Below, piece after piece: positions 19,809 to 29,773 of a DNA stretch of 64,000 nt (positions are counted from its first letter, which is position 1; each line of letters starts with the position of its first letter). The stretch comes from an uncultured Nitrososphaerota archaeon (GTDB taxonomy: Archaea > Thermoproteota > Nitrososphaeria > Nitrososphaerales > Gagatemarchaeaceae), in contig CAVRAG010000007.1 in assembly GCA_963718895.1 (NCBI GenBank), forward strand, positions 64,001 to 128,000, written 5' to 3'. The position numbers and the translations under genes are program-made. The notes below the pieces were generated by a model, which worked only from the letters and a program-made list of their open reading frames with translations, was not told the DNA's origin and made no database searches.

Positions 19809-20573
19809 TCAGCGGACTATCGAGGCGAGGTACTCGTAGTTCTTCTTGGCCGAGGCTTCGACCTCTCCTTTCGGGGGGTTGTCCACTTCCACCATGATCG
19901 CCCCTGAGTACCCGATCGCCCGGAGTGCCTTGAGAGAGCCTTTCAGGTCGGCCACGCCATCCCCGAGGTCGACGAAGTCCTTGTTGTAATCGACCTCCTC
20001 CTGGGGTATCTTGGCGCGCAGGTCTTTGAAATGGACGAGTGAGATTGACTTCTTGTAGCGGTTGATGAACTTGGGCACGTCGATGTCCAGCGCCGTGAGG
20101 TGCGCTGTGTCGACGCAGACCGAGGTCCGGTTGGGCGCGCACGCCTTCATGATACGGTCAAGATCCTCGGTGGTGAGAATGTTGGACCTGACGTGGGGAT
20201 GCAGCGACACGTCGACCCCTGCCTTCGCGCACGCCGCGCTGAGAGTCTTCGTCTTCTCGATGGCTTCGTCGATGTCTGTCTCGAAGAGGCAGAGCCACCC
20301 CACGGACGACCCGAACGCCCTGACGATCTTGGCCATCGTCGGCGAGGTGTCTATGGCGACGGCCGCGACCGTCAGCCCTGCCTTCTTGGCGGCCGCGCCT
20401 CCGAGCTCGACGTGCTCCCTCAGTGAGGTTGACAGCATAGGATACTCAATCCCCGCGTCCGAGTAGCCCAGCCTCTTTATCGACGCGAGCGCCCTCTCGA
20501 ACTCTTTCATCCCCTTGAGCTCACCCCAGGTTATCGTGCTGCAGGATAGAATCATCTGTCGTTTGTCTCCCAA
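19809..20573 (-). CDS. Sugar-phosphate isomerase/epimerase TIM barrel, IolE-like (inosose dehydratase candidate)
   Basis: ITWG, HPH, DTAH, HFKD, FVDLGDG, YSGAIMVE. Confidence 0.8.
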   Translation of the reverse strand: MGDKRQMILSCSTITWGELKGMKEFERALASIKRLGYSDAGIEYPMLSTSLREHVELGGAAAKKAGLTVAAVAIDTSPTMAKIVRAFGSSVGWLCLFETDIDEAIEKTKTLSAACAKAGVDVSLHPHVRSNILTTEDLDRIMKACAPNRTSVCVDTAHLTALDIDVPKFINRYKKSISLVHFKDLRAKIPQEEVDYNKDFVDLGDGVADLKGSLKALRAIGYSGAIMVEVDNPPKGEVEASAKKNYEYLASIVR

Positions 20574-20802
20574 CGGTTAACCCCCGTGGCTTATAATCAA
20601 TCTGCGTCCCGAGTCGTGGTGCCAACGGCTCGGGCCGGCGTGGTCGCCCGCTCCAATGAGGCCTCGCAGAGTGAGGTCGCCCGTGGATAGCAGCGCGGAC
20701 AGCCAGCTTAGACGCAGTCGTACCCGGAGACTGAGGAGGATGGCCGGCAGCGAGAGAGTAGCACTCGATCTGCTTTTATGACCCGTTGCGTCATCGAACA
20801 TC

Positions 20803-21315
20803 ATGCGACCGGCGGTACGGCGAAAGCTGCCGGCGGTGAAGATGGTCTCTGATTGGCGCAGGTCGTTCGTAGAGATTCTGGACAGGCCTGCGTCAGAGCT
20901 TCAGGGCCATCAAGCCTTCAAGCCTAACCAGAAACTCCTGGCGCTCTGGGCTGCGGACTGCGCCGAGCACGTGCTTCCATACTTTGAGGAGAAGCATCCG
21001 AAGGACGACAGGCCCCGAATAGCGATTGAAGCATGCCGAAGATGGGTGCATACCGGCGTGTTCAAGATGGCTGTCATACGCAAGGCCTCGCTGGACTCGC
21101 ATGCCGCAGCCCGTGAAGCGAAAGAGAATGATGCGATTGCTGCCGCCCGCGCGGCGGGCCACGCGGTCGCCACCGCGCACGTCCCCGACCATTCCATAGG
21201 TGCTGCTGTGTACGCCGCCAAAGCCGCCGCCGCCCATTCTGGCAGTGTGGATGACGGCCTCGTGAGGGAACGCAATTGGCAGCTCCGACGGTTGCGTCGC
21301 TTGGCTAACGCGTGA
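20803..21315 (+). CDS. Imm5-like putative immunity-domain protein
   Basis: LWAADCAEHVLPYFE...DDRPRIAI...AARAAGHAVATAHV...ERNWQ. Confidence 0.75.
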   Translation: MRPAVRRKLPAVKMVSDWRRSFVEILDRPASELQGHQAFKPNQKLLALWAADCAEHVLPYFEEKHPKDDRPRIAIEACRRWVHTGVFKMAVIRKASLDSHAAAREAKENDAIAAARAAGHAVATAHVPDHSIGAAVYAAKAAAAHSGSVDDGLVRERNWQLRRLRRLANA

Positions 21316-21459
21316 CGGTCTCGACGAGTAGGCGCGGCCACCTGGAGATGTCGCCGGCCTCAGCGCAGCCAGCTGCGCGCTCTCTTTCGGGATGGGGTAG
21401 CCGGACCCTCCGGCGTCTCCCAACCCATTTAAGGCGAGGCCGCCATCGGTCGGAGTCAG

Positions 21460-22443
21460 ATGCCAAAGCCACTCATCTCGCTGGACATAGGGGAGAACTA
21501 CTACGACCCGAGGGACTTCGTCGAAGCTACGGTCTACGGAGAGGAGCTGGGTTTCAAGAGGTTGTGGTTCGGTGACCACTTCATGCCCTGGTTCCACAGG
21601 AGCGACAGGTCGTCGTTCGTCTGGTCCGTCATGGCCGCTGCGCTCGAGAGGACGAAGAAGGTGGAGCTCGGCCCGCTGGTGACAACGCCCATAGGGGCGC
21701 GCTACCACCCGGCCCTGATAGCGCAGGCCGCGGCCACCCTCGACAACATGTATCCTGGGAGGTTCCTGGTCTCCGTAGGCTCCGGCGAGGCCGTGAACGA
21801 GGTACCCTTCTGGAACGACCGCTGGCCAGGGTGGAAGGAGAGGATGGACCGTCTCTGCGAGGGCATCACCTTGATGCGGAAGATGTGGAACAGCACCAAG
21901 CCCTTCTCGTTCAAGGGGAAGTACTTCTCCTCCGAGTTCCTTCTGATGTACACCAAGCCGCGTACGAAGATGGATATCTACTTCTCCGCCGTCGGCGAGA
22001 AGGCCGCATACAGGGCGGGGAAGTACGGGGACCACTTCGTGACGCTAAGTCCCGGGAACAGCGCGGAGAGGATACGCGACGTCCTGCTCCCCAAGTTCAG
22101 GGAAGGTCAGAAGGACTCAGGGAAGAAGGGAGGCAGGGTGGTGGTGCACGTCGACTATTCGTTCAAGAAGCCCGCTCAGATAATCAAAGATTCGGGCTGG
22201 GAGCTCTCGGCTTTCGTCGAGAACGCAGTGGACATCAGAACGCCCATCGCCCTGGAGAAGGCGGCGATGTCAATCACCCCCGAGCGCCTAAGCAAGTTCG
22301 TTCACTCGTGCAAGAACTGGGACGACGTTATCAAGAAGCTAGACGAGTACGTGAAGGTCGGCGCCTCCGAACTCATCCTCTTCAGCGCGCCGGTGAAGAA
22401 GGAGATGGAGGCCGTCGCGAAGAATGTCCTCCCCGTTTTCTAG
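21460..22443 (+). CDS. F420-dependent LLM oxidoreductase, G6PDH-like family
   Basis: GDHFMPW, RYHPALIAQAAATL, GSGEAVNE. Confidence 0.85.
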   Translation: MPKPLISLDIGENYYDPRDFVEATVYGEELGFKRLWFGDHFMPWFHRSDRSSFVWSVMAAALERTKKVELGPLVTTPIGARYHPALIAQAAATLDNMYPGRFLVSVGSGEAVNEVPFWNDRWPGWKERMDRLCEGITLMRKMWNSTKPFSFKGKYFSSEFLLMYTKPRTKMDIYFSAVGEKAAYRAGKYGDHFVTLSPGNSAERIRDVLLPKFREGQKDSGKKGGRVVVHVDYSFKKPAQIIKDSGWELSAFVENAVDIRTPIALEKAAMSITPERLSKFVHSCKNWDDVIKKLDEYVKVGASELILFSAPVKKEMEAVAKNVLPVF

Positions 22444-23434
22444 GATCAAGGTAGACTACCGGGGGATCGAGGAGGCCCTCCGCGACCTCGAGGACTACGC
22501 GGTCTTCACGGTCGAGCCTCCGTGGTCGAGCGTGCGGGGACTCCTGGCCCATCCCCCAGCAGTGACCGTGATGGTGGGCGAGGTCGACCGGGAGACGCTC
22601 GACGCGAACACGTCCAGGGTCCATCACGCCCGCACAGCGGTCGGGCTGGGCGGCGGGAGGGCGATAGACGCCGCGAAGTACTTCGCCCTGAAGACGGGGT
22701 GCAGGTTCGTCTCTGTGCCCACCATCCTGGCGGCCGACGCGTACCTGACCCCGAAGGCGGGGGTGCGGATTGACGGCGTGGTGAACTACATCGGGGACAA
22801 GTTCGCCGACGAGATCGTGGTTGATCAGAGGATAATCAGGGGCGCGCCAAAGAGGCTGAACAGGGCGGCGATAGGAGACATCTACTCGGCGCGGATATCG
22901 CTGATGGACTGGCGGAAGGCGAGGGACGAGTCAGGCGAGGAGTACGACGAGGACGTCGCGGCCAAGGCAGAGGAGGTGCTCTCGAGGCTCATGTCTCTGG
23001 CTCCAGAGATCAAGGAAGTCACCGAGAAAGCAATCCGCCCCATCGTCGAGATGCACATGACGCTCAACTCGCTCCAGTTCCCCTACCTCGGGCGCGGCAG
23101 GTTCTGGCCGCAGGAGGGGACCGAGCACCTCTTCTTCTACGCCCTCGAGAAGCTCGTCGGTCGGCCCTTCGTGCACGGCGACGTCATCAGCACTGGGGCC
23201 GTGGTGGCGACCTATCTCCACGGCGGGGACCCGGAGAGGACCAAGAGGGACCTGGAGTCGTTCGGCGTCGACTTCACAGCCGGCGCGATCGGCATAAGCC
23301 GCGACGAGTTCGGGAGGACGATAAGGTCGATGAAGCAGGTCGGGAGGGAGGCGGGCGCCGAGTACCTCGTGGTCCAGAAGGGCACCCCCTCCGACTCGCA
23401 GATCGATGAGATGTGGCGCCTCGTCTCTCAGTAG
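22424..23434 (+). CDS. Glycerol-1-phosphate dehydrogenase-like (DHQS/Fe-ADH fold) protein
   Basis: GLGGGRAIDAAKY, VSVPT, AIGD, GTEH, HG. Confidence 0.8.
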   Translation: MSSPFSRIKVDYRGIEEALRDLEDYAVFTVEPPWSSVRGLLAHPPAVTVMVGEVDRETLDANTSRVHHARTAVGLGGGRAIDAAKYFALKTGCRFVSVPTILAADAYLTPKAGVRIDGVVNYIGDKFADEIVVDQRIIRGAPKRLNRAAIGDIYSARISLMDWRKARDESGEEYDEDVAAKAEEVLSRLMSLAPEIKEVTEKAIRPIVEMHMTLNSLQFPYLGRGRFWPQEGTEHLFFYALEKLVGRPFVHGDVISTGAVVATYLHGGDPERTKRDLESFGVDFTAGAIGISRDEFGRTIRSMKQVGREAGAEYLVVQKGTPSDSQIDEMWRLVSQ

Positions 23435-24459
23435 GACGGCGGCCCCAGTCTGGCGCCGGCGGCGATCTCTTCGAGGCGGCCCATGTCGTCGCCCGTGAGC
23501 CTTACGTCGAGCGCACCCACGTTGTCCTCGAGGTGCGCGACCTTGGTTATGCCCAGAATCGGGATTATGGTCAGCCCGAGGTCGCCCTGCTTGTGCAGCA
23601 TCCAGGCGAGCGAGAGCTGCGGGAGGGTGATGCCCTTCTCCTTGGCGATGTCGAGCAGACCGCTGACCGCGTCGGCGGTCTCCTGGTTGAGGTACTGGCC
23701 CACGACCTGGGTGATGTAGGAGGCCCTGCTCCCTGCCTCGACGCCCGACAGATACTTCCCGGAGAGGACTCCCTGGGCTAGGGGGACGTAGGCCATGACG
23801 GCCATCCCGTACTTCTTGGCGACAGGCAGCGTCTCGCCCTCTACTCGCCTTTCGAGCAGGTTGTAGGGCTCCTGCATCGAGGCGAACCCCTCTATCTGCA
23901 GCCGCTTGGCGGTCTCCATGAACTCCACCACGTTGGCCGGCGAGTGGTTGCTCTCACCAAGATAGTGGACTAGTCCGCGGTCCACGAGGTTGTTCAGGGC
24001 CTTCAGCGTCTCCGCGTTCGGGGTGGTGTTGTCCTCCCAGTGGATCTGGTAGAGGTCGACGTACTCTAGGTCGAGCCGCCTAAGCGACTCTCTAATCTGC
24101 CACATGATGTGCTTCCTCGAAAGACCCTGGCCGTTCGGCCAGGAAGCCATCGGGCCCCTCACCTTCGTCGCGATCACCCAGGACTCCCTGTCGTAGCCCT
24201 TCAGGATGGCGCCCAGGATCTTCTCTGAGTTACCTACGTGGTTCAGGTCGGCGGTCGACATCCTACCGTGGTACCTGTTCGCGCCGTCGATGAAGTTGAT
24301 ACCTAGGTCGTAGGCCTTCCTCACGATCCTCTCGAACGTCTCTGTGTCTACCTTCTCCACACCGAACTCGTCGTTTTCCCCCGCTCCAGGGAGGTGCCAG
24401 GCGCCCAGGCAGAACTGGGAGACGGTGAGGCCTGTCTCGCCGAATCTGACGTATTTCAA
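23428..24459 (-). CDS. Aldo/keto reductase
   Basis: GINFIDGANRY, IATKV, SLRRLDLEYVDLYQIH, YNLLER, PLAQGVLSGKY. Confidence 0.93.
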   Translation of the reverse strand: MKYVRFGETGLTVSQFCLGAWHLPGAGENDEFGVEKVDTETFERIVRKAYDLGINFIDGANRYHGRMSTADLNHVGNSEKILGAILKGYDRESWVIATKVRGPMASWPNGQGLSRKHIMWQIRESLRRLDLEYVDLYQIHWEDNTTPNAETLKALNNLVDRGLVHYLGESNHSPANVVEFMETAKRLQIEGFASMQEPYNLLERRVEGETLPVAKKYGMAVMAYVPLAQGVLSGKYLSGVEAGSRASYITQVVGQYLNQETADAVSGLLDIAKEKGITLPQLSLAWMLHKQGDLGLTIIPILGITKVAHLEDNVGALDVRLTGDDMGRLEEIAAGARLGPPSY

Positions 24460-24520
24460 GCGGCCGATATCATCCTACTTGATACTAAAACCTTGCAGGT
24501 CTCAGCAGGACCGGCGCGGG

Positions 24521-25696
24521 TTAGGGAAGAGCCTTCGAGCTCTTCTTCAGGTGGCTCTCAAACTCCTCCTCGTCGAGCTCTATCCCGAGTCCTGGACCGG
24601 TGGGCAGAGCGATTCGGCCGTTCTTCACGACCGGGCGCCCTTTGGCCTTGACGAGCTTGCCCCACCAGGGGATGTCGTTCGCATGGAACTCGAGCACGAG
24701 GAAGTTGGGGATGGACGCGCACGCATGGACGGCCGCCATCGTGCCGACGGGGCTTGCGATGTTGTGCGGCGCAAGCGGGATGTAGTACTGGTCCGCGTAG
24801 TCGGCTATCTTCTTGGTCTCGAGGATCCCTCCCGCCTTCTGGACGTCGGGCGAGAGGACGTCGGCGGCCTGGTACTCGACCAGCTCCCGGAAGCCGTGGC
24901 GCCCGACCTTGTGCTCCCCGGTGCAGATGGGGACAGGGCTCCTCTTCGAGACCTTCGCCATCGCCCTGGCGTTCTCAGAGTGGATGGGGTCCTCGAGCCA
25001 GAGCAGGTCGTAGGGCTCGAGCTTGTCGGCGAGCCTGATCGCGTCCTTCACGCTGTACTGCCAATGGCAGTCGAAGGCCACGTCGACGTTCTCGCCCACC
25101 GCCTCCCTCACGCTCTCGACCAGCCTGACCCTGTACCTGAGGTCCTCGTTTCCCATGCACCCGTTGTACCTGTCCTGCTTGTAGCGGTCGGGAAGGTCGA
25201 GGTCGAACTTGATGGCGTCGTATCCCTGGGCCTTCACCTTTCGGGCCTTCGCCGCGTAGGCCTCGGGGGTGTGGACTCCCTTGAGGACGACCGGCCCCAA
25301 CCTGATCTCCTCTTCGTGGCCCTCCCCCTCGCCGGCCGCGCAGTCGGCGTACACCCTGATCTCGTCCCTGTACTTCCCGCCCAGGAGCCTGTAGACCGGG
25401 ACCTTCATCGCCTTCCCGGCTATGTCCCAGAGCGCGGTCTCGACGCCGCTTATTGCGGCCATCAGAGACGCGCCGTTCTCCCTCTGGAAGGCAGAGTACA
25501 GCTTCCAGTAGAGCCTGTCGACGTCGAGCGGGTCCTCCCCGACGAGGAACGGTTTGAGAAGACGGAGCATGTCGCCCCCAATCGTTCCCGCGTAGATCTC
25601 CCCGAGACCGGATATCCCCTCGTCGGTGTACACCCTGACGACTATCCAGTCGAAGTTCCCCTCGATCGTCGTCGCGCGGACGTCGGTGATCTTCAT
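24521..25696 (-). CDS. Mandelate racemase-subgroup acid-sugar dehydratase (galactonate/gluconate type)
   Basis: ALWDIAGK, KFD, DCHW, WLEDP, TGE, APHN. Confidence 0.9.
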   Translation of the reverse strand: MKITDVRATTIEGNFDWIVVRVYTDEGISGLGEIYAGTIGGDMLRLLKPFLVGEDPLDVDRLYWKLYSAFQRENGASLMAAISGVETALWDIAGKAMKVPVYRLLGGKYRDEIRVYADCAAGEGEGHEEEIRLGPVVLKGVHTPEAYAAKARKVKAQGYDAIKFDLDLPDRYKQDRYNGCMGNEDLRYRVRLVESVREAVGENVDVAFDCHWQYSVKDAIRLADKLEPYDLLWLEDPIHSENARAMAKVSKRSPVPICTGEHKVGRHGFRELVEYQAADVLSPDVQKAGGILETKKIADYADQYYIPLAPHNIASPVGTMAAVHACASIPNFLVLEFHANDIPWWGKLVKAKGRPVVKNGRIALPTGPGLGIELDEEEFESHLKKSSKALP

Positions 25697-25822
25697 CAGG
25701 GACGGTCTGCGGCCCCGTTTGATACTTAAGGCTCTAGCGGAATCTCCCAGAAGTCGGAGAGGCAAACGCCGGGCGAGGGACGAGCCAAGAGTTATCAATA
25801 TCCATCGGAATGCGACGGTCCG

Positions 25823-26881
25823 TTGAGATCCACCCAAACTCGTCTCAGATTCGGTCTGGCAGAGATAAGCGCGGAGCCGCAGCAGGCGGTGGAGGACGGA
25901 GTCCTCGCAGAGAAGGCCGGCTTCGACTCGCTCTGGGTCCCCGATCACATAGTGGACGTGAACGGTGACAAGCTCGAGCCCTGGACCGTGCTCTCGGCCG
26001 TCGCGGTGCAGACCAAGAAGATCGAGCTAGGGCCGGCTGTCACCGACACGCAGCGCGCCCACCCCTCGCGGACCGCCCACGTGGCGACGACCCTGAACCA
26101 CATCTCGAAGGGGAGGGTCCTGCTCGGGATAGGCGCGGGAGAGGCCATGAACGTAGTGCCCTACGGGCTACCCTGGGGCGAGCCTGCGGAGCGGGCCGCC
26201 CGGCTGGAGGAGGCGGTGAAGGTCATCAAGCTGCTCTGGTCGAGCAGCAGGGAGCAGACGGTCTCCTTCTCGGGCGCTTACTACTCGCTCAACAAGGCCT
26301 TCATCAGCCTAGGGCAGTACGGGGGCGCTCCCCCTCCCGTTTACGTCGGCGCCATGAACGCCCGGACAACGCTGGAGCTGACCGGGAGGATGGGCGAGGG
26401 ATGGTTCTGCTGGTTCAACACCCCGGAGACCTTCGCGAAGAAGTGGAAGGTCGTCTCCGAGGCCGCCAGGACGGCTGGGAGGGACCCGAGGAAGATAGAC
26501 ACTTGCTCCCACCTCATGATAGCGTTGCCTCGCAACTCGGAGGAGAGGAAGTCCGCCATGCTCGGGGCGAAGGCCACGCTGCTCATGGAGCGAAGGACCC
26601 TCGCGAGCATGGGCTACGAGGTGCCTGCTGACTTGCTCCAGTACCAGAATTTCACCATCTCCAAGGACTACGTCGCCGCCATAATGGAGAGGGCCTCGGA
26701 AATTCCCGAGGAGTACGTCCACCGGTGCATGGCCATCGGGACGCTCGAAGACGTCGACCGGCTGGTGGAACAGTTCGCAAAGGCCGGCATCAAGCACATA
26801 GTGATCGCGGACTTCCTGGCCCCCAAGACCACAAAGAAGACCATCCAAAGCCTTAGGAAACTGATAGCTTCGCATCACTGA
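25823..26881 (+). CDS. LLM-class (probably F420-dependent) oxidoreductase
   Basis: GFDSLWVPDH, LGIGAGEAMN, PPPVYVGA. Confidence 0.85.
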   Translation: MRSTQTRLRFGLAEISAEPQQAVEDGVLAEKAGFDSLWVPDHIVDVNGDKLEPWTVLSAVAVQTKKIELGPAVTDTQRAHPSRTAHVATTLNHISKGRVLLGIGAGEAMNVVPYGLPWGEPAERAARLEEAVKVIKLLWSSSREQTVSFSGAYYSLNKAFISLGQYGGAPPPVYVGAMNARTTLELTGRMGEGWFCWFNTPETFAKKWKVVSEAARTAGRDPRKIDTCSHLMIALPRNSEERKSAMLGAKATLLMERRTLASMGYEVPADLLQYQNFTISKDYVAAIMERASEIPEEYVHRCMAIGTLEDVDRLVEQFAKAGIKHIVIADFLAPKTTKKTIQSLRKLIASHH

Positions 26882-27157
26882 GCGCTCCTCCTCGATGGGC
26901 AACACGTGTGATGGACAGGAAGGGGTTAGCCATCTCTTAGGGTCCATGTCACAACCCGCTTGCAAGTCATGTCTCTCCGGTGACGAAGTCAAGGACTTGT
27001 TTGGCAATGATGGCTCTAGGGCGCCGAGAATCCAGGGAGACGATTCGCGGTCAGGCAACAGGCAGAGAGACGGCTCTCTCGGCGCCTACAGGTTTGCAAG
27101 CCCGATTAAGTTCAAATTCCCCCGAAGCAATTGGCCTGCGAGGTCTCACATCAACAC

Positions 27158-28174
27158 TTGAGCAGGACGGCCAACTCAGATTCCATCAATTCAGAACAGC
27201 GCGTCATAGCGTGGCTGCTCGAGGAAGATCAGCCCTCAGTCCGATATCGAACGCTAGTTGACATCCTGGGGCGCAAGGAATCCGATCCGGAAGCAAGAGA
27301 AGCCCGTTCAATGATTCCCAAGAAAGGCTGGGCCAACGACATCCTGAGGCTCCAGAAACCAAAGGGATTCTTTGAACCACGAGAGCCCAAGAGTGTCCGC
27401 AGTTGGGTGAGATTCCTGCACTTCCCGGAGTACCGTTCTACAGTTTGGCGAGCCTTGGTTCTCTCAGACCTTGGGCTCACTTCGGAAGACCCTAGGATAG
27501 GAAAGATCGCGGAAGTCCTCTTCGAGTACAAGCTTCAGCTGGGGACGCCGGTCAACTTCTTCACCGAAGAGGTTTGCATCGTCGGGAATACAGCGCGGAT
27601 GATGGCGCGCTTCGGATACGGCGACGACTACAGGGTCAGGAAGTTGTATGATAGGCTGCTTGAGGACCAGAAGGAAGACGGCGGCTGGAACTGTAATCAG
27701 AGCGAGCGCGGCGGTACTCTGGACAGCTGGGAAGCCCTGGCCGCCTTTGCCGCGCTGCCAAAGTCGAAGCGGTCCAGGAGGATCCAGCAGTCCATTTCGC
27801 GCGGAGCCGAATTCTATTTGGAAAGAAACCTGTTCGAGGAGGGCGAAGGAAAATACCTGCCCTGGTTTAGGTTCCACTATCCTGTTCACTACTTCTATGA
27901 CGTATTGGTCGGGTTCGACATGATCACGGCGCTGGGATATGCGGACGATCCGCGGCTCAAGCCCGCCCTCAAAGTGCTCAATGACAAACGCAGAAGGAAC
28001 GGAACTTGGCTTCTCGACAAAGTGCACCCCGACCTGGACACAGGCGCGAACGATGACCTTGTGAAGAGGGTGAAGAAGCTCAGGCCCTTTGCGTTGGAAA
28101 GGCCGGGCGAGCCGAGCAAGTGGATTACGCTCTTGGCCCTTCGAGCCCAGAAAAGAGTCGAGGACGCCAACTAG
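27158..28174 (+). CDS. Alpha/alpha-toroid (prenyltransferase/terpene-cyclase-like repeat) hypothetical protein
   Basis: WLLEEDQPSVRY, QKEDGGWNC, FHYPVHYFYDVL, PSKWITL; lower GC than neighbours. Confidence 0.75.
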   Translation: MSRTANSDSINSEQRVIAWLLEEDQPSVRYRTLVDILGRKESDPEAREARSMIPKKGWANDILRLQKPKGFFEPREPKSVRSWVRFLHFPEYRSTVWRALVLSDLGLTSEDPRIGKIAEVLFEYKLQLGTPVNFFTEEVCIVGNTARMMARFGYGDDYRVRKLYDRLLEDQKEDGGWNCNQSERGGTLDSWEALAAFAALPKSKRSRRIQQSISRGAEFYLERNLFEEGEGKYLPWFRFHYPVHYFYDVLVGFDMITALGYADDPRLKPALKVLNDKRRRNGTWLLDKVHPDLDTGANDDLVKRVKKLRPFALERPGEPSKWITLLALRAQKRVEDAN

Positions 28175-28477
28175 AGAAGGAACGCACCGTTTGCAGAGTG
28201 TCGAGCGAAGAGGCGCATGTCGTCGCGGCTTACAAGAGGAACGTGGACTTCTTCCAGCGCGCTAGTCTCCCGGACGCACAAGAGGCCTTCAACGCGGGGC
28301 TTGAGGCAGGAATACCTAGACGACCGATCCTCATCAGAAGGATGAAATGAACGAGGATGCGCTGAAAGTTCTCGGCGGCGCTGGGTCAAGAGAACAGTCG
28401 GCAGGTGTGGATCCGTCCCTTCCGCGTCACCCTTTGCTCAACATGACGCGTGACCCTGCCGCTAATCCGTTGACCGG

Positions 28478-29626
28478 TCACCCAACCCTTAGCTTCTTGA
28501 TGACTTTCTCGTCTAGGTCGATGCCCAGTCCGGGGCCATCGGGGACCTGCAGCTTACCGTTCTTCACCACGAACTTCTGCTTCACGAGGTCGTGGACGAG
28601 CGGGTTGGGCTCCTGCTTGTACTCGCAGAGGAACCCGTCCGGAGAGGAGACGGCCAGGTGAAGAGACGCCGCGGTGTTCACGGCCGTCGACCAGTTGTGC
28701 GGGACCCACATGATGTTGTTGATGTGCGCCAGCTCCGTCACCCTCTTCATCTCCGAGATCCCCCCGACCTTGCTCGCGTCGGGCTGGAGGACGTCTGCGG
28801 CCCTCCGCTTTATCACCTCGTTGAAGTCGTAGACCGTATAGAGCTCCTCTCCGAAGGCAACCGGCACGTCGAGGGCCCTTGCGAGCTCCGCGTAGCCTTC
28901 CAGGTCGTCCTGTGGGAGCGCCTCCTCGAACCAGAACGCGTCGTACTTCTCGACCATCTTCCCCATCTTCACGGCGTATGGGACCCTCCAGTTGACGTAC
29001 CTGCCTACGTCGATCATCAGCCAGGTCTTGGGTCCGATCCCCTCCCGGATAATGGCCACCATCTCCTCGTCCTTTCGAAAGTCGGCGCCGAAGGGCTTCG
29101 AGGGGACCATGCCCCAGCCGAACTTCGTCCCTGCATAGCCCATCCGCGCGTACTTTGCCCCCTTCTTGGCGGTCCCCTCCGGGTCCTCCATGTCGAAGAG
29201 GAGGCTCGCGTAGAGGGGGATCTCAGTCTTGTACTGGCCTCCGAGGAGCTGGCACGCCCGGACGTTGAGGGCCTTCCCGGCGATGTCGACCAGCGCGGTG
29301 TCTATCCCGCTCAGCGCGAAGGTCGCAAGCCCCCTCAGGCCGTACCAGTACGTCGCCTCGTAGAGCCTCTCCCATATCTTCCGGAACTCGACGGGGTTCT
29401 CGCCCTTCACCCGCGGAGCAATCCCCCTCTCGATGAGCTCCTTCACGGCGTAGGCGGCCTCCCCGTTCTCGCTCCCCACGCAAGCCTCGCCCCACCCGTG
29501 TATCCCCTCGTCCGTGTCGACCCTCACGACGACCTGATACCCGGTGTACCCTCCTACGTTGGCCTCACCCTCATAGCTATCGTCCTGGGCGTAGAGGATT
29601 ATCGGCTCCACGTTAGTGATCTTCAT
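28478..29626 (-). CDS. Mandelate racemase/MLE-family dehydratase
   Basis: YAS, KFGWG, MID, WFEE, FGEE, QPD, PHNW. Confidence 0.9.
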   Translation of the reverse strand: MKITNVEPIILYAQDDSYEGEANVGGYTGYQVVVRVDTDEGIHGWGEACVGSENGEAAYAVKELIERGIAPRVKGENPVEFRKIWERLYEATYWYGLRGLATFALSGIDTALVDIAGKALNVRACQLLGGQYKTEIPLYASLLFDMEDPEGTAKKGAKYARMGYAGTKFGWGMVPSKPFGADFRKDEEMVAIIREGIGPKTWLMIDVGRYVNWRVPYAVKMGKMVEKYDAFWFEEALPQDDLEGYAELARALDVPVAFGEELYTVYDFNEVIKRRAADVLQPDASKVGGISEMKRVTELAHINNIMWVPHNWSTAVNTAASLHLAVSSPDGFLCEYKQEPNPLVHDLVKQKFVVKNGKLQVPDGPGLGIDLDEKVIKKLRVG

Positions 29627-29773
29627 GCTGACGCCGGTCACGGCGCCGGTCTCTATATCTCTAGCCCGTCCTCCGGCCGGGAAGCACCAGAGATCAGCCG
29701 ATTGGTCGGACCCCTTTGGCGACGTCGACCCGCGCGCCTTTTTCGCACAATCCTTGAATAGCCGTTTTGAGCG

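Noticed and set aside
20803-21315. Polymorphic toxin-immunity locus
   Set aside because: Orphan Imm5-like gene with no adjacent toxin
27158-28174. Squalene-hopene cyclase / terpene biosynthesis
   Set aside because: Single short domain with no DXDD motif and no isoprenoid neighbours
20574-28477. Integron cassette array for the low-GC singleton genes
   Set aside because: No integrase, no repeated attC-like flanks, and the genes are scattered
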